DNA of 64,000 nucleotides from Candidatus Bathyarchaeota archaeon (GTDB lineage: Archaea > Thermoproteota > Bathyarchaeia > Bathyarchaeales > Bathycorpusculaceae), in NCBI GenBank assembly GCA_963782525.1, contig CAWAKC010000006.1, positions 79,493 to 143,492 of the forward strand. The letters are read 5' to 3'. Below the pieces are notes generated by a model. That model did no database searches and had not been told where the DNA came from. It saw nothing but the letters and a program-made list of their open reading frames with translations. The position numbers were made by a program, and so were the translations under genes. Positions 37,921-48,094 of this stretch are shown here, in pieces (the stretch's first letter is position 1; the number at the start of each line of letters is the position of its first letter).

Positions 37921-38397
37921 GTGCCCTCGATAACTCTCGAATACATGATTATGATTCCAGTCTTAATCGCTCAGATATTCATTTTTCCCTTTACCGCCTC
38001 AGTCATCATGAACACTTGGACGGATTCACGTATGACAATTGAGCTTCAAGAAACAGCTGGGCACATTGCCAGCTCCATTCAGCAACTGTATTATACAATG
38101 AATCATGATTCAATGTCTAACGGCACAATTTCAATCACCCTGAATACGCCGCCACTAATAGAAGGGTACGCATACAAGACTTCTCTGAGGCACGTGGAGC
38201 ATCTGGATACTTCATACCGGATTATGAATGTATCACTACAGCTCTTAGGCACTAAAGACCAGACTTCAACGTTAGTGACTCTGGGACCAAACGTCGATTG
38301 GCAAGAAAACTTGTCCTTCCTCAGCGGAGCACAACCAATTATCTTTGTTGCTGAAAAGACATCTGATTCTATCTCGATATCCCTCGGAGGTTCATAA
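37921..38397 (+). CDS. Minor pilin-like protein without leader
   Basis: MPSITLEYMIMIPVLIAQIFIF; SD GGAGGT; in-frame stop just upstream. Confidence 0.7.
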   Translation: MPSITLEYMIMIPVLIAQIFIFPFTASVIMNTWTDSRMTIELQETAGHIASSIQQLYYTMNHDSMSNGTISITLNTPPLIEGYAYKTSLRHVEHLDTSYRIMNVSLQLLGTKDQTSTLVTLGPNVDWQENLSFLSGAQPIIFVAEKTSDSISISLGGS

Positions 38398-38401
38398 GAT
38401 C

Positions 38402-39613
38402 ATGGCGAACGGCGCAATCGACCACATGGTTTCCTTGATAATATTCATGGCTGTCATCTCTATTTTTATAGGTCTCTTCAGCCAAAACATGCAGACAGGT
38501 ATCGCTTACGAACGCCACAATGCACTGTCAACTAAAACCAGTGACCTCATAGACAACTTACTTCTAAACCCCGGTATACCGAGTAATTGGGGACAAAGTG
38601 ATGGTACCATTGTAGGGTTTGGTCTGCAGGATCCAGCCTATGCAGAATACAAACTGAGTTCTTTTTCTTCTATGCGGTTAACTTCCACTCAATCGGTTAT
38701 CTATTATCCTAGAACTAATACGTATTTCAGTGTCGTTTCCGCTGGATTTGGCGGCTACTTGCTTGCGCCAACTTCAAAATGTGTGAATTACTCGGCAGTT
38801 TCAAAGATTCTTGGAGTAAACGGTACTTACGGATTCCAACTGTCCCTGAAACCAACAATTACGGTTACAATCAATGAAACATCGATTGCCCCACTAAAAT
38901 TTTCAGTTACGGTTGATGGAACTGGTTACCCCCTTGCAAACGCTCCCCTCTCATACAGCCTCCTTTTAGTTAACCAAAGTTTGGACATTTATCCATCATA
39001 TACAATTTTTAACTACACTTCCACAACTGACGCTGCAGGTTCAGCCCAACTGAGTTTTCCACAAGTTACCAACGAAATTCAATCGTATGCGCTTATAGTT
39101 TATTCTTATCTTTATGGACTCGAAGGAGTAGGCTACTACGTTCATGATTCACCAAACTTCACCAGTACGGTAGTTCCTGTAGTTGACAGTTTTCAGAACC
39201 ACAGTATCATGCTTGTTCATGGAAATACTATTGGTCAACAAATTCCGGGATATTCTTCTTTGAGTTTTAATGCCTCATTTTTCTTATTGGCTGAAGATTA
39301 TACTCTGCGTCAAATGCTATTAGATTCGCAAATCTCCTATGGTAAGCTAATTTCTGGTGGAGGCGCAGGACAAGATTACGCTTCCTTAACTGTCCCAAAC
39401 AACGACGGAGTCTTGGTTGTAACTTACAAGGATGTTTCTGGACACTATGGGGTTGCTTTGATGCCTTGGGGGTTAGGTGCATTGGCGTTTCCTCTAACCT
39501 TCGGCGGAAACCCTGTAGGGCAGGAATGGGTTACAACTGACATCCGCCAAGTATCCATCGACGGCATGGCATATCAAGCTCAATTGAGCCTTTGGAGCAC
39601 AGGAGTTATCTAA
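38402..39613 (+). CDS. Pilus-associated secreted protein (pilin-like N-terminus)
   Basis: MANGAIDHMVSLIIFMAVISIFIGLF; DNLLLNPGIPSNW motif. Confidence 0.7.
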   Translation: MANGAIDHMVSLIIFMAVISIFIGLFSQNMQTGIAYERHNALSTKTSDLIDNLLLNPGIPSNWGQSDGTIVGFGLQDPAYAEYKLSSFSSMRLTSTQSVIYYPRTNTYFSVVSAGFGGYLLAPTSKCVNYSAVSKILGVNGTYGFQLSLKPTITVTINETSIAPLKFSVTVDGTGYPLANAPLSYSLLLVNQSLDIYPSYTIFNYTSTTDAAGSAQLSFPQVTNEIQSYALIVYSYLYGLEGVGYYVHDSPNFTSTVVPVVDSFQNHSIMLVHGNTIGQQIPGYSSLSFNASFFLLAEDYTLRQMLLDSQISYGKLISGGGAGQDYASLTVPNNDGVLVVTYKDVSGHYGVALMPWGLGALAFPLTFGGNPVGQEWVTTDIRQVSIDGMAYQAQLSLWSTGVI

Positions 39614-40981
39614 ATGATTCGCACAATCGAAGTTTTATTTGTAATATTAATTCTCGCCAGTGCAGTTGCAGCTACTTCATACTTTACTGTTCTGCCATCT
39701 CCAAGAGAGGTTTCACCCTTAAATCTTCGACGCCTCTCATTCACAACACTACAGACGCTCGATTCGAACTATGCTTTAAGCCAAGCAGCCTTCGATACGG
39801 ACAACGCTACAGTTTGGGCTGGATTGCAAGTTGCACTTTCCGCTTCGCTACCGCCTAATGTGGTATACAATTTAACGGTCTATAACATTACCAACGTTAA
39901 CGATCAGAATATTCAACTTTACTGTAAAGTTGACTCTATTTCTAACTCTGCAAACTTGGGAACAATCAACGATGTTTCAACATATACTGTTGCTTCTTCA
40001 AACGTAACCTTTAACGTTAAGCCCGAGAAAATCGGAGAGACTAACGGAGGAACAACACTCTACATTCTAAATTGTAGTGATGCTAACGGCTGGTGGGTTA
40101 CAGGTTATACAGCCCAAAGCTTAGCCCAAGATCTATACAATCTGTTGTCGCCATATTTTAGCAGTACCGTAATGGTGCAAAACACAGCGCAGCTAAGACA
40201 GCTAATGGATAACCAAACAATTTCTGGTTCGACCAAAGAGAGAGTGCAAAACGCAGTGGTTATCAATACATTTGGTGAAAGCGTGCCTATGCCTCAGGAG
40301 TACTACCAAACTGGTAATCGCTCAAGTCAAGGTTATAATTCAAGCGCTCCTAAAGGCAGTGGATATGATTATGGCTACGTCAAATATTGTTACACTTTAG
40401 GAAACACAGTCCGTCTGTACAATTGGACTTGGGCCAGTATCGTTGGTTACCCTTTTTATTACGTTAGCAATACAGGTGTTTTCTCTAATGACCAAAACGG
40501 TTGGGGGATTTATGGGACGAAAATGACGAGTTCGGGCGGCTCAAGAGCTTTTCTTCAAGGCTTAGCTAATCAAACATATAACTATGACGACAGCAGCATC
40601 ACTAAAAATGTTGGAGGCGTTACACTTACAAGCCAATCAATGAGTTCATGTAACTATTATGGGATTTATCCCTCATCGTATCAAACGTCTACACGTGCAC
40701 TTTCTAATTCCATTCTACAAAGTTATAATCTGATTCTTGGACTTAACATTTTCAATCCTGTTGGAGCATATAACCCTGGCGCAGTTTACAATCACGTTGC
40801 AACAAATTCGACGATTACGGGGTCGCTTTTGGCTTTAGGGTTAACTCGTACGCCTGACGTTCGAGTTACTGGTTTGAGTCTTCTTTCGTACTATCAACCA
40901 AGGTTGTATCCTGCCCCATATAATTCGACGGACACTTCTAGGTTGGTAATTTTGCAGTTAGGTATGGTAGGGAGTGGTTAA
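39614..40981 (+). CDS. Pilus-associated secreted protein (pilin-like N-terminus)
   Basis: MIRTIEVLFVILILASAV; TAAATG junctions with neighbours. Confidence 0.7.
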   Translation: MIRTIEVLFVILILASAVAATSYFTVLPSPREVSPLNLRRLSFTTLQTLDSNYALSQAAFDTDNATVWAGLQVALSASLPPNVVYNLTVYNITNVNDQNIQLYCKVDSISNSANLGTINDVSTYTVASSNVTFNVKPEKIGETNGGTTLYILNCSDANGWWVTGYTAQSLAQDLYNLLSPYFSSTVMVQNTAQLRQLMDNQTISGSTKERVQNAVVINTFGESVPMPQEYYQTGNRSSQGYNSSAPKGSGYDYGYVKYCYTLGNTVRLYNWTWASIVGYPFYYVSNTGVFSNDQNGWGIYGTKMTSSGGSRAFLQGLANQTYNYDDSSITKNVGGVTLTSQSMSSCNYYGIYPSSYQTSTRALSNSILQSYNLILGLNIFNPVGAYNPGAVYNHVATNSTITGSLLALGLTRTPDVRVTGLSLLSYYQPRLYPAPYNSTDTSRLVILQLGMVGSG

Positions 40982-43900
40982 ATGAATAATAAAGGTCAAT
41001 TTTCAATCATAGCTGCTTTGCTTGTTGCGGTTGTTTTGATTGGTTCAGTTATGGGAACTTACTCTTCTTTACGATACAGCACCAGCACTACACAAGATCA
41101 GCCCCAAATTTTGAGTTCCGTGGATGAAACCAACCAAGCGATTAAACAGCTTTTAGGTTTTACAGTTGGATATTATGGTTCGGTCTTAAAAGTTACTGGT
41201 AATGCGTCCTATGCTCAGACATTAGCCCACAAATATCTTGACGATGGCATAGGGAATTTGAGTTCGATTAAACCCGAGTGGGCTTTATCTTTGAATAATA
41301 CTCAAGTGGAGCTTAAAGCCAACTGGTTTACTAATGACAGTTACAGCCAAGGCAGTATGAACGTCACTTACGACTTAAACGGGTTAGGAATCAACGGCGT
41401 AAGTTACTCTGCCTCAAGTCGACTAGAAGTCCAAGTATCAAATATTAACTCTACAACTCAGGCGCAATTTAAGATTTTAACCGACAACGGTGAACCTTTA
41501 ATCGACCTTGGAGCTAACAACATAAAATTTTTCCGTTACGTTCTTGGAAATTTAACCTGGGAATACTCAACTCCAACTAGTGTGGTCTCCCATGCCGACG
41601 GAACCTACATAGTTGACCTTCCCTCGGGAGTCCTCAGCAACGCATATGTGGTTCAAGTGGAAGATACCCGCGGACTCTCAGTTTTAGCTGCCTCTTACAG
41701 CGAGTTTACTTCTAGTATAGCTTGGAATCAAACTGGGTTTACAACCAACCTGAATTACGTAAACAGCACCATCCAAAACGTTACAGGAACACACGGCAAC
41801 TTTACAGCACAACAATACGGTCCAGACGGAATCTATGACACGTTGACTGAAGCTGCATCAGGAACCACATACGTACCAAGCAGCCCAACAAATTGGAGTG
41901 CACAAGGGTCTACAACTTGGGTGTCTGGAAGCATATCAAATTTGACCTTGAACGATAATGTTTACATGAAATTAAGCTGTAATGGCAGTTCGCCTGCGGG
42001 TCAGACTTTTTACGCTCATCAAGAAGCTTCCCCTTTAAGTTCAAGCTATTATCTCAAATCAGCAAGCGCCGACCAAAGTGGAACAACAATTTCGGCAAGC
42101 GCTAAGAACCCGGGAAAACAACCTATAGGCAAATTTGTGTTCCAGTTAACTGGTATTTCCTCAATTCCTGCAAGTTCAGGAACAATCTACTACCGTGCAT
42201 ACCGTGACTCTAATGTGGCGGGATATTGCGATGCAGATATTGTTATTCGACAATCAAATGGAAATTTGAGGGCAACTCTCGCATCATCCACTGCAAGCAC
42301 TGGTGCAGGTAGCCTTACAACTTCTTGGTCTACACTTAATGGGTCTTATTCAACGGCAACTTACAATGTTGTTGACCAAACTGACTATTTAGAAATCGAT
42401 TATTTCGTGGAAGTTGCATCAAGTCACAATAGCGCATACATGTACCTCCAGGTTGACAATAGCAATTTGAATCAAACCCTTCAAACAAGAATCACTAACA
42501 TCAACCTTCCCACAGTATTTAATGTGAAAGCGGAGTACACTGGATCTTCAATCGACAGCTCATCCTGGACCAATCTGGTGTGGACAATTGACAGTTCGGC
42601 TTCTGTAAGTGGAGTAAATGCGACTTTTCAATTATACAATTGGAGTGCAAGTGCTTATCCAACTAATGGAAACGGATTCATGAATTCTTCGCTGTTAACC
42701 AGCGATAAAACATTTAACCAGACAATAATAACAAATTCATCCAATTTTCTAAACAGCACTGGATACTGGAAAATCATGGTAACCACTGTGATGAATTCTA
42801 GTTTTGATCTCAACTTAGACCAGGTTCAGTTTAGTCCTCAAGCCGCTAATTATGCTCTTAATCTTCAGGAGCTGTTTACAAACGTTAACGCCACGAATCC
42901 TCGTCAAGATTTATGCATCAAAACAGGCAACATGACTGCGGAGCCCTTGTTGGTGCAGGTGCTGCATAGCGGTTCATGGCAGTATTTGACGACTCTTGTT
43001 CCCAACTGCCTCAACAAAGTATCCCTCGCAGGATACATAGATTCAACTAATCTTACCATATGCTTTATGGACAGCAACAGTGCCTCAGACCCAACTCAGG
43101 ACAGTTGGAAAATCGATTCAGTATACTTGCAAGATGAACCCGACATCAACTTCCTAGTTAACCTACAGCAATCCACATTTACGCTTGAGCTTCTGCAGAA
43201 CGGAACTATGAATTGGCTAGGACAAAACATGCAAATAACCACCCAAACCCTACCTATCCCACCAGTTCCAGTGAAAGCCATCCACGTAAACCAAACAATA
43301 AACGGCGTCAACCAAGAAGTACCCTTCCAAATCGAAGACTGGGCATCCAACTACAAAATCCCCTTGGGCTTAACAAGCAGCACAACGCTATTCAGTAACC
43401 GCCAAATAATTGTTTTCCTCTTAGACAGCAAAGTCTCTGACTTCACGGTTTGGTGGAACGGCAGCGACGTAGCAACTCAAACGCCATTAGAATTCACAAA
43501 TCGATATTTTACCGATAATCCAGCTAGTCAAACTTTAAACAATGGTAAACTGAAATTACAGTTTGCAACCACCGGATTCGTTTTAACATCAACAGTCGGA
43601 ACTGTGACTAGCACCGCAAATTTGATGCGGATTAATACAAAAGAAGATAATACAGACCCCGAATTATCTTATGTTATATCGAATGGTACAGTTAGGGATA
43701 TCGTGCTAGGAGAAGCCGAGTTCTCAAACGGCGTTACAAACTGCTCAAACACTTACACAAACATCGTAATCACTCTCCCCGCTAACGCTACATATTATAC
43801 TTACCAATTGCGCGCCATGTTTCTTGACTCTTCACCTCGTCCCCGAAACATCTCAGACCTGTGTCCAATACGTTTGACCACAAACGCTGCTCCCGTACAA

Positions 43901-44326
43901 ATCCAAACGGAGAACAGCACCATAGCAGGTTCTCCAATCGTGCAAAATGGAACCGGAACATTCTTCAACTCCACAGGCAGCCGCTGGGCGGCACATCACT
44001 TTAGCCAATTTATTTCAGACGATGGAAAAGGCGCTGGAATAATTTTCACCGACTTAGCTAACCAGAACCTTTACTCGTTTGATTCATTCTCCGCTAGCAC
44101 TTCTAAAGGCGCGTTGAAAACTAGCAGCGGATTGCTGGAGTTGTTGCCTGTAAGTTCTTCTATGGTTAAGTTCACATATGCATACGACATCACTTGGACG
44201 GGTGCCGTTGTAACCTTTGATGGAACGTCCACGCCAATATGCAACTTATATGATGGCACCACTCCGATGGGTCTTTGGATATTGGCCGAGTACCCACCGA
44301 CTTTAACTGTAACTCCCAAATGCTAA
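40982..44326 (+). CDS. Large (1114 aa) pilin-like adhesin with class III signal peptide
   Basis: MNNKG|QFSIIAALLVAVVLI; S/T/N-rich, many N-x-S/T sequons. Confidence 0.8.
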   Translation: MNNKGQFSIIAALLVAVVLIGSVMGTYSSLRYSTSTTQDQPQILSSVDETNQAIKQLLGFTVGYYGSVLKVTGNASYAQTLAHKYLDDGIGNLSSIKPEWALSLNNTQVELKANWFTNDSYSQGSMNVTYDLNGLGINGVSYSASSRLEVQVSNINSTTQAQFKILTDNGEPLIDLGANNIKFFRYVLGNLTWEYSTPTSVVSHADGTYIVDLPSGVLSNAYVVQVEDTRGLSVLAASYSEFTSSIAWNQTGFTTNLNYVNSTIQNVTGTHGNFTAQQYGPDGIYDTLTEAASGTTYVPSSPTNWSAQGSTTWVSGSISNLTLNDNVYMKLSCNGSSPAGQTFYAHQEASPLSSSYYLKSASADQSGTTISASAKNPGKQPIGKFVFQLTGISSIPASSGTIYYRAYRDSNVAGYCDADIVIRQSNGNLRATLASSTASTGAGSLTTSWSTLNGSYSTATYNVVDQTDYLEIDYFVEVASSHNSAYMYLQVDNSNLNQTLQTRITNINLPTVFNVKAEYTGSSIDSSSWTNLVWTIDSSASVSGVNATFQLYNWSASAYPTNGNGFMNSSLLTSDKTFNQTIITNSSNFLNSTGYWKIMVTTVMNSSFDLNLDQVQFSPQAANYALNLQELFTNVNATNPRQDLCIKTGNMTAEPLLVQVLHSGSWQYLTTLVPNCLNKVSLAGYIDSTNLTICFMDSNSASDPTQDSWKIDSVYLQDEPDINFLVNLQQSTFTLELLQNGTMNWLGQNMQITTQTLPIPPVPVKAIHVNQTINGVNQEVPFQIEDWASNYKIPLGLTSSTTLFSNRQIIVFLLDSKVSDFTVWWNGSDVATQTPLEFTNRYFTDNPASQTLNNGKLKLQFATTGFVLTSTVGTVTSTANLMRINTKEDNTDPELSYVISNGTVRDIVLGEAEFSNGVTNCSNTYTNIVITLPANATYYTYQLRAMFLDSSPRPRNISDLCPIRLTTNAAPVQIQTENSTIAGSPIVQNGTGTFFNSTGSRWAAHHFSQFISDDGKGAGIIFTDLANQNLYSFDSFSASTSKGALKTSSGLLELLPVSSSMVKFTYAYDITWTGAVVTFDGTSTPICNLYDGTTPMGLWILAEYPPTLTVTPKC

Positions 44327-44447
44327 AACCGGCGAAAACCATTGTTATTGTACGATGAATTATTTACCGACAAAATCTTATTAGCCTAAACCTCATCACT
44401 ACCTCAATGCCAAAGGTGTACCATCAATCCAAACATTACCGAATGTT

Positions 44448-45248
44448 TTGATCGCGGCAAACGTAGCAGTTACCTTAGTCTTTCTACTTTATGCTTCATG
44501 GCGAGACCACAAAACAAGGGAAGTCAGCAACCGCGTCTGGGCTGTTTATGGCCCCATAGCACTCGCCCTGTCCATCTCTGAACTGCTTCTCTTTGAACCA
44601 TCTCAGTTACCCTTCTACGGTTTAAGTGTCGGCGTAACCGTTGGCTTTGCATTCCTTTTATTCTATGCTGGGGGTTTCGGTGGCGCAGACTCAAAAGCCC
44701 TCATGTGCATTGCCCTCTCATTGCCCTTCGCCCCCATAGCACTATCTTTACCCATCTTAACAGAGGGTCTGTCACCAATTGCACAGTACATTTATCCTAT
44801 AACAATACTGGGCAACTCTGTTTTCTTCGCTGCAGCAACCGTCTTATACATGGTTCTTCGGAATTTCTTTTGGCATAAAAAAAATGGTGCTACAATGTTC
44901 CCGGGGACTCTCGAATCTGAATCCGCTGGCAAAAAGTTTCTCGCTGTCATAACTGGCTACCACATCCCAGTTGATACGATTAAGAAAAGGCATATGCTCC
45001 CTATGGAAGACCTCGAGGAGCAAACAGAAAACTTTGGCAAGCGTAAACTTGTGGTTTTTCCGCAGGATGAGGAGGCTCAAGAAAAAACTATTGAACGTCT
45101 ATCTAACGCGGTGAAATCTGGAAAAATCGATGCTTACGTTTGGGCGACACCAGGTTTACCAATGTTGATATTTGTTACTTTAGGCTTGATTGTCGCATTA
45201 ACTTTCGGCGATATTGTATGGTTGCTAATTAAGTTTGTTTTAGGTTAA
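44448..45248 (+). CDS. Prepilin peptidase, A24 family (PibD/FlaK/EppA-like)
   Basis: ASWRDHKTREVSN, GGFGGADSKAL, VWATPGLPML; start may be ATC 44427. Confidence 0.92.
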   Translation: MIAANVAVTLVFLLYASWRDHKTREVSNRVWAVYGPIALALSISELLLFEPSQLPFYGLSVGVTVGFAFLLFYAGGFGGADSKALMCIALSLPFAPIALSLPILTEGLSPIAQYIYPITILGNSVFFAAATVLYMVLRNFFWHKKNGATMFPGTLESESAGKKFLAVITGYHIPVDTIKKRHMLPMEDLEEQTENFGKRKLVVFPQDEEAQEKTIERLSNAVKSGKIDAYVWATPGLPMLIFVTLGLIVALTFGDIVWLLIKFVLG

Positions 45249-45266
45249 AGTCCAGAAAGTCAAAAG

Positions 45267-45494
45267 TTAACCCAAGAGGTTTTTGCTTCGCTTAGAATAA
45301 GAAATTGAAGCTGTAACCATCGAAATGGAGCCGAATCCGACGAATGCCAAAGCGATGCCCCTGTATGGGAAAGCTAAACTATAGCTTAAAGTGGCGTTGT
45401 TGCTTGCCCCGTTTTGATATGAGTAGAAGAACATAGCTACCGAAAATAATGTAATTGCTATTAGTAGTAAACTAACCTCTGTTTTAAACCTCAA
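45267..45494 (-). CDS. Small two-TM membrane protein
   Basis: Two hydrophobic helices, FPYRG motif, SD GGGAG. Confidence 0.6.
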   Translation of the reverse strand: MRFKTEVSLLLIAITLFSVAMFFYSYQNGASNNATLSYSLAFPYRGIALAFVGFGSISMVTASISYSKRSKNLLG

Positions 45495-45586
45495 TTGCCT
45501 TACTCCCCTTTAAGTAGTATGAATTCATATCCATAATCAAAAGGTTATTTTAGCTTTTTGGAAATAACTCTTTAAGGAGCCTCCTC

Positions 45587-46669
45587 ATGACCGAAACAGC
45601 ATGTGAAAAAGAGCTTCAGAGCTTTCTACAGAAGCCACTAAAAGATTGCAAAGTTGTGGTGATGCCAGATTTTTTCCTTGACCGAATCATCAACTTGGAA
45701 TGTGATTCGGCAGAATTTTCAAGTTTGATTACCGATGTGGCTAAGCGTAAAGGCGGCAACCTCGACGGAATCTCTCAAACCGATTTGCGCGGTGGAAACG
45801 CCATCAACGTCGCCTCAGCCTTAGCCAGTTTAGGCGTCACGGTTACGCCGATTGTTTGCACGAGCGAGTTTGGGATGCAACAAATAAAATACAACTTCCA
45901 AAACACCCCAATTGACATTTCACACATTAAGCCTCAGGGCAAAGCGTCAATCACAACAGCCTTGGAATTTCAAAACCAAAACAGCAAAATCAATGTTATG
46001 CTCCGCGATTTAGGTGCATTGGCTAATTTCGGACCTGCGAACCTTGATGAAAGTGATTTTGGGTTGATTGAGAATGCGGATTATACCTGCCTCTTTAATT
46101 GGGCTGGAACCTTAAAGTTCGGAACGGAGTTGGCTCAAACTGTTTTTGAGTGGACCAAACGGCTTGGCAAGGGGAAAACTTACTACGACACAGCGGACCC
46201 AACTCCAAACGCGAAGGAAATTCCTGATTTGATGGATAAAGTTTTGAAATCCTCTAAAGTTGATATTTTGAGTTTAAACGAAAACGAGGCAGTTACATAC
46301 GCAAGCCAGCTCGATGAGACCTTAAAAGCGAAAAAAGGAAGTGTAAAGTTTGCGGAGTTGGCGCTGGAAGCCGCAAGAGTTTTGGCAAACCATTTCTCTG
46401 CAAGAATTGATTTGCACACGTCAGATTTCTCTGCGACGCTAAAAGGCAAAGAAGAGGTAGCGGTTCCCACTTTCAAGGTAAACGTTCTGCGTGCAACTGG
46501 CGCTGGCGACACTTGGTGTGCAGGAAACATCTTAGGCGATCATAATGATCTCAGTGACGAGTGCCGTTTGATGTTGGCAAACGCCATGGCCGCCTGTTAC
46601 ATATCCGACCCAACGGGACAACATCTCACCAAACAAAAACTTGAATCTTTTCTTAACAAAGCCACTTAG
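45587..46669 (+). CDS. PfkB family carbohydrate kinase
   Basis: GGNAINVA, NENEA, RATGAGDTW. Confidence 0.88.
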   Translation: MTETACEKELQSFLQKPLKDCKVVVMPDFFLDRIINLECDSAEFSSLITDVAKRKGGNLDGISQTDLRGGNAINVASALASLGVTVTPIVCTSEFGMQQIKYNFQNTPIDISHIKPQGKASITTALEFQNQNSKINVMLRDLGALANFGPANLDESDFGLIENADYTCLFNWAGTLKFGTELAQTVFEWTKRLGKGKTYYDTADPTPNAKEIPDLMDKVLKSSKVDILSLNENEAVTYASQLDETLKAKKGSVKFAELALEAARVLANHFSARIDLHTSDFSATLKGKEEVAVPTFKVNVLRATGAGDTWCAGNILGDHNDLSDECRLMLANAMAACYISDPTGQHLTKQKLESFLNKAT

Positions 46670-46732
46670 CGCTGTGCCAAATTCTTTTTTAAGCTAACCT
46701 ACACACTACCATGCATTAACAGGTGCAGATTA

Positions 46733-48094
46733 ATGGGTAAACTGTTCGGAAGCTCAGGCGTGCGAGGCTTAGCAAACGTTGATTTAACTCCAATTTTAGC
46801 TTGTAAGGTTGCTTCAGCGGTTGCAACTCATGAAAACGCAAAAAGAGCTGTAGTTGCAAGTGACACACGGGTTTCAGGTAATATGCTTGTGGAAGCTTTA
46901 ATTTCAGGTTTGGTTTCAACTGGCACTGATGTTTTGCTCTTAGGTATGGTGCCGACGCCTGTTTTAGCTTATGTTGCAAAAGCGTTGGGTGCAGAAGTCG
47001 GTTTTATGTTGACGGCTTCCCATAATCCGCCTCAGTATAACGGCATAAAAGTGTTCAAATCCGATCTATCCTACACGGATGCAGCTCAGGATGCCGTGGA
47101 AAAAATCATCTCCGAAGGAACCTTCGTCTTAGCAGATTGGCGGGACCTCGGCAAAGCCTCATCCGCAAACGCAGAGCAAATTTACCAAAATATGGTTCGA
47201 CAAGCAGTATGTCTCCAAAAGCCCTGGAAAGTGGTGGTTGACCCTGGATGCGGCGCCGCCTGCAACATTGCTCCTCAGATGCTTCAAGCTTTAGGCTGCA
47301 AAGTAACCGCCCTAAACTCCCAGCCTGACGGGTTTTTCCCAGCAAGAAAATCTGAACCCACCGCAGAATCCCTGCAAGACCTCGCAAAAACCGTGAAAGC
47401 CCTTGGCGCCGACATCGGTATAGCATTCGACGGTGATGCGGACCGTGTCGCATTCGTTGATGAAAACGGGATTTTCGTTAATTTTGACCGTTCGCTGGCG
47501 GCTTATGGAGCTTTTGCCTTAAAACGTGTTAGTGGCGGAACCATAGTAACCACTATTGAGGCATCGATGTGTGTGGAAACGATGGCGGAGAAATACGGCG
47601 GCAAAGTCATACGAACAAGGGTGGGGGACATTTACGTTTCTGAAGCAATAAATCGTGAGGGCGCTGTTTTCGGCGGCGAACCCTGTGGCGCTTGGATTCA
47701 TCCACAGTTGCATCTGTGTCCCGATGGTCCTCTTTCTGCAGCTTTGTTCTTGGCAGGTTTGGAAGAGGAGGGCAAAACCGTTTCTGAGTTTATTGATGAA
47801 GTTCCTGAATACATAACGAAAAGGGTCAGCATTGCCTGCAAGAACGAACAAAAATACAATTTGATAGAGCAGTTAGGGGACGTTTTGAAAGCAGAGTTTC
47901 CAATGTACATAGATTTTAGTACGGTTGACGGCGCTAGGTTAGCGCTCAAAAATGGTTGGCTTCTTGTCCGCGCGTCAGGTACCGAACCCCTCATTCGCTT
48001 AACCGTCGAAGGCGAATCAGAGCAATCGGCAAAAGATATAACCTCAAAGGCAACAGCACTTATACACAAACAAATCGAGGCAAACCCCCAATGA
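46733..48094 (+). CDS. glmM: Phosphoglucosamine mutase / phosphohexomutase
   Basis: LFGSSGVRG, TASHNP, FDGDADR, GGEPCG, VRASGTEP. Confidence 0.9.
   Translation: MGKLFGSSGVRGLANVDLTPILACKVASAVATHENAKRAVVASDTRVSGNMLVEALISGLVSTGTDVLLLGMVPTPVLAYVAKALGAEVGFMLTASHNPPQYNGIKVFKSDLSYTDAAQDAVEKIISEGTFVLADWRDLGKASSANAEQIYQNMVRQAVCLQKPWKVVVDPGCGAACNIAPQMLQALGCKVTALNSQPDGFFPARKSEPTAESLQDLAKTVKALGADIGIAFDGDADRVAFVDENGIFVNFDRSLAAYGAFALKRVSGGTIVTTIEASMCVETMAEKYGGKVIRTRVGDIYVSEAINREGAVFGGEPCGAWIHPQLHLCPDGPLSAALFLAGLEEEGKTVSEFIDEVPEYITKRVSIACKNEQKYNLIEQLGDVLKAEFPMYIDFSTVDGARLALKNGWLLVRASGTEPLIRLTVEGESEQSAKDITSKATALIHKQIEANPQ

Noticed and set aside
33536-45248. Archaellum operon
   Set aside because: No archaellin, FlaH, FlaF/G or chemotaxis genes; the layout fits a pilus.
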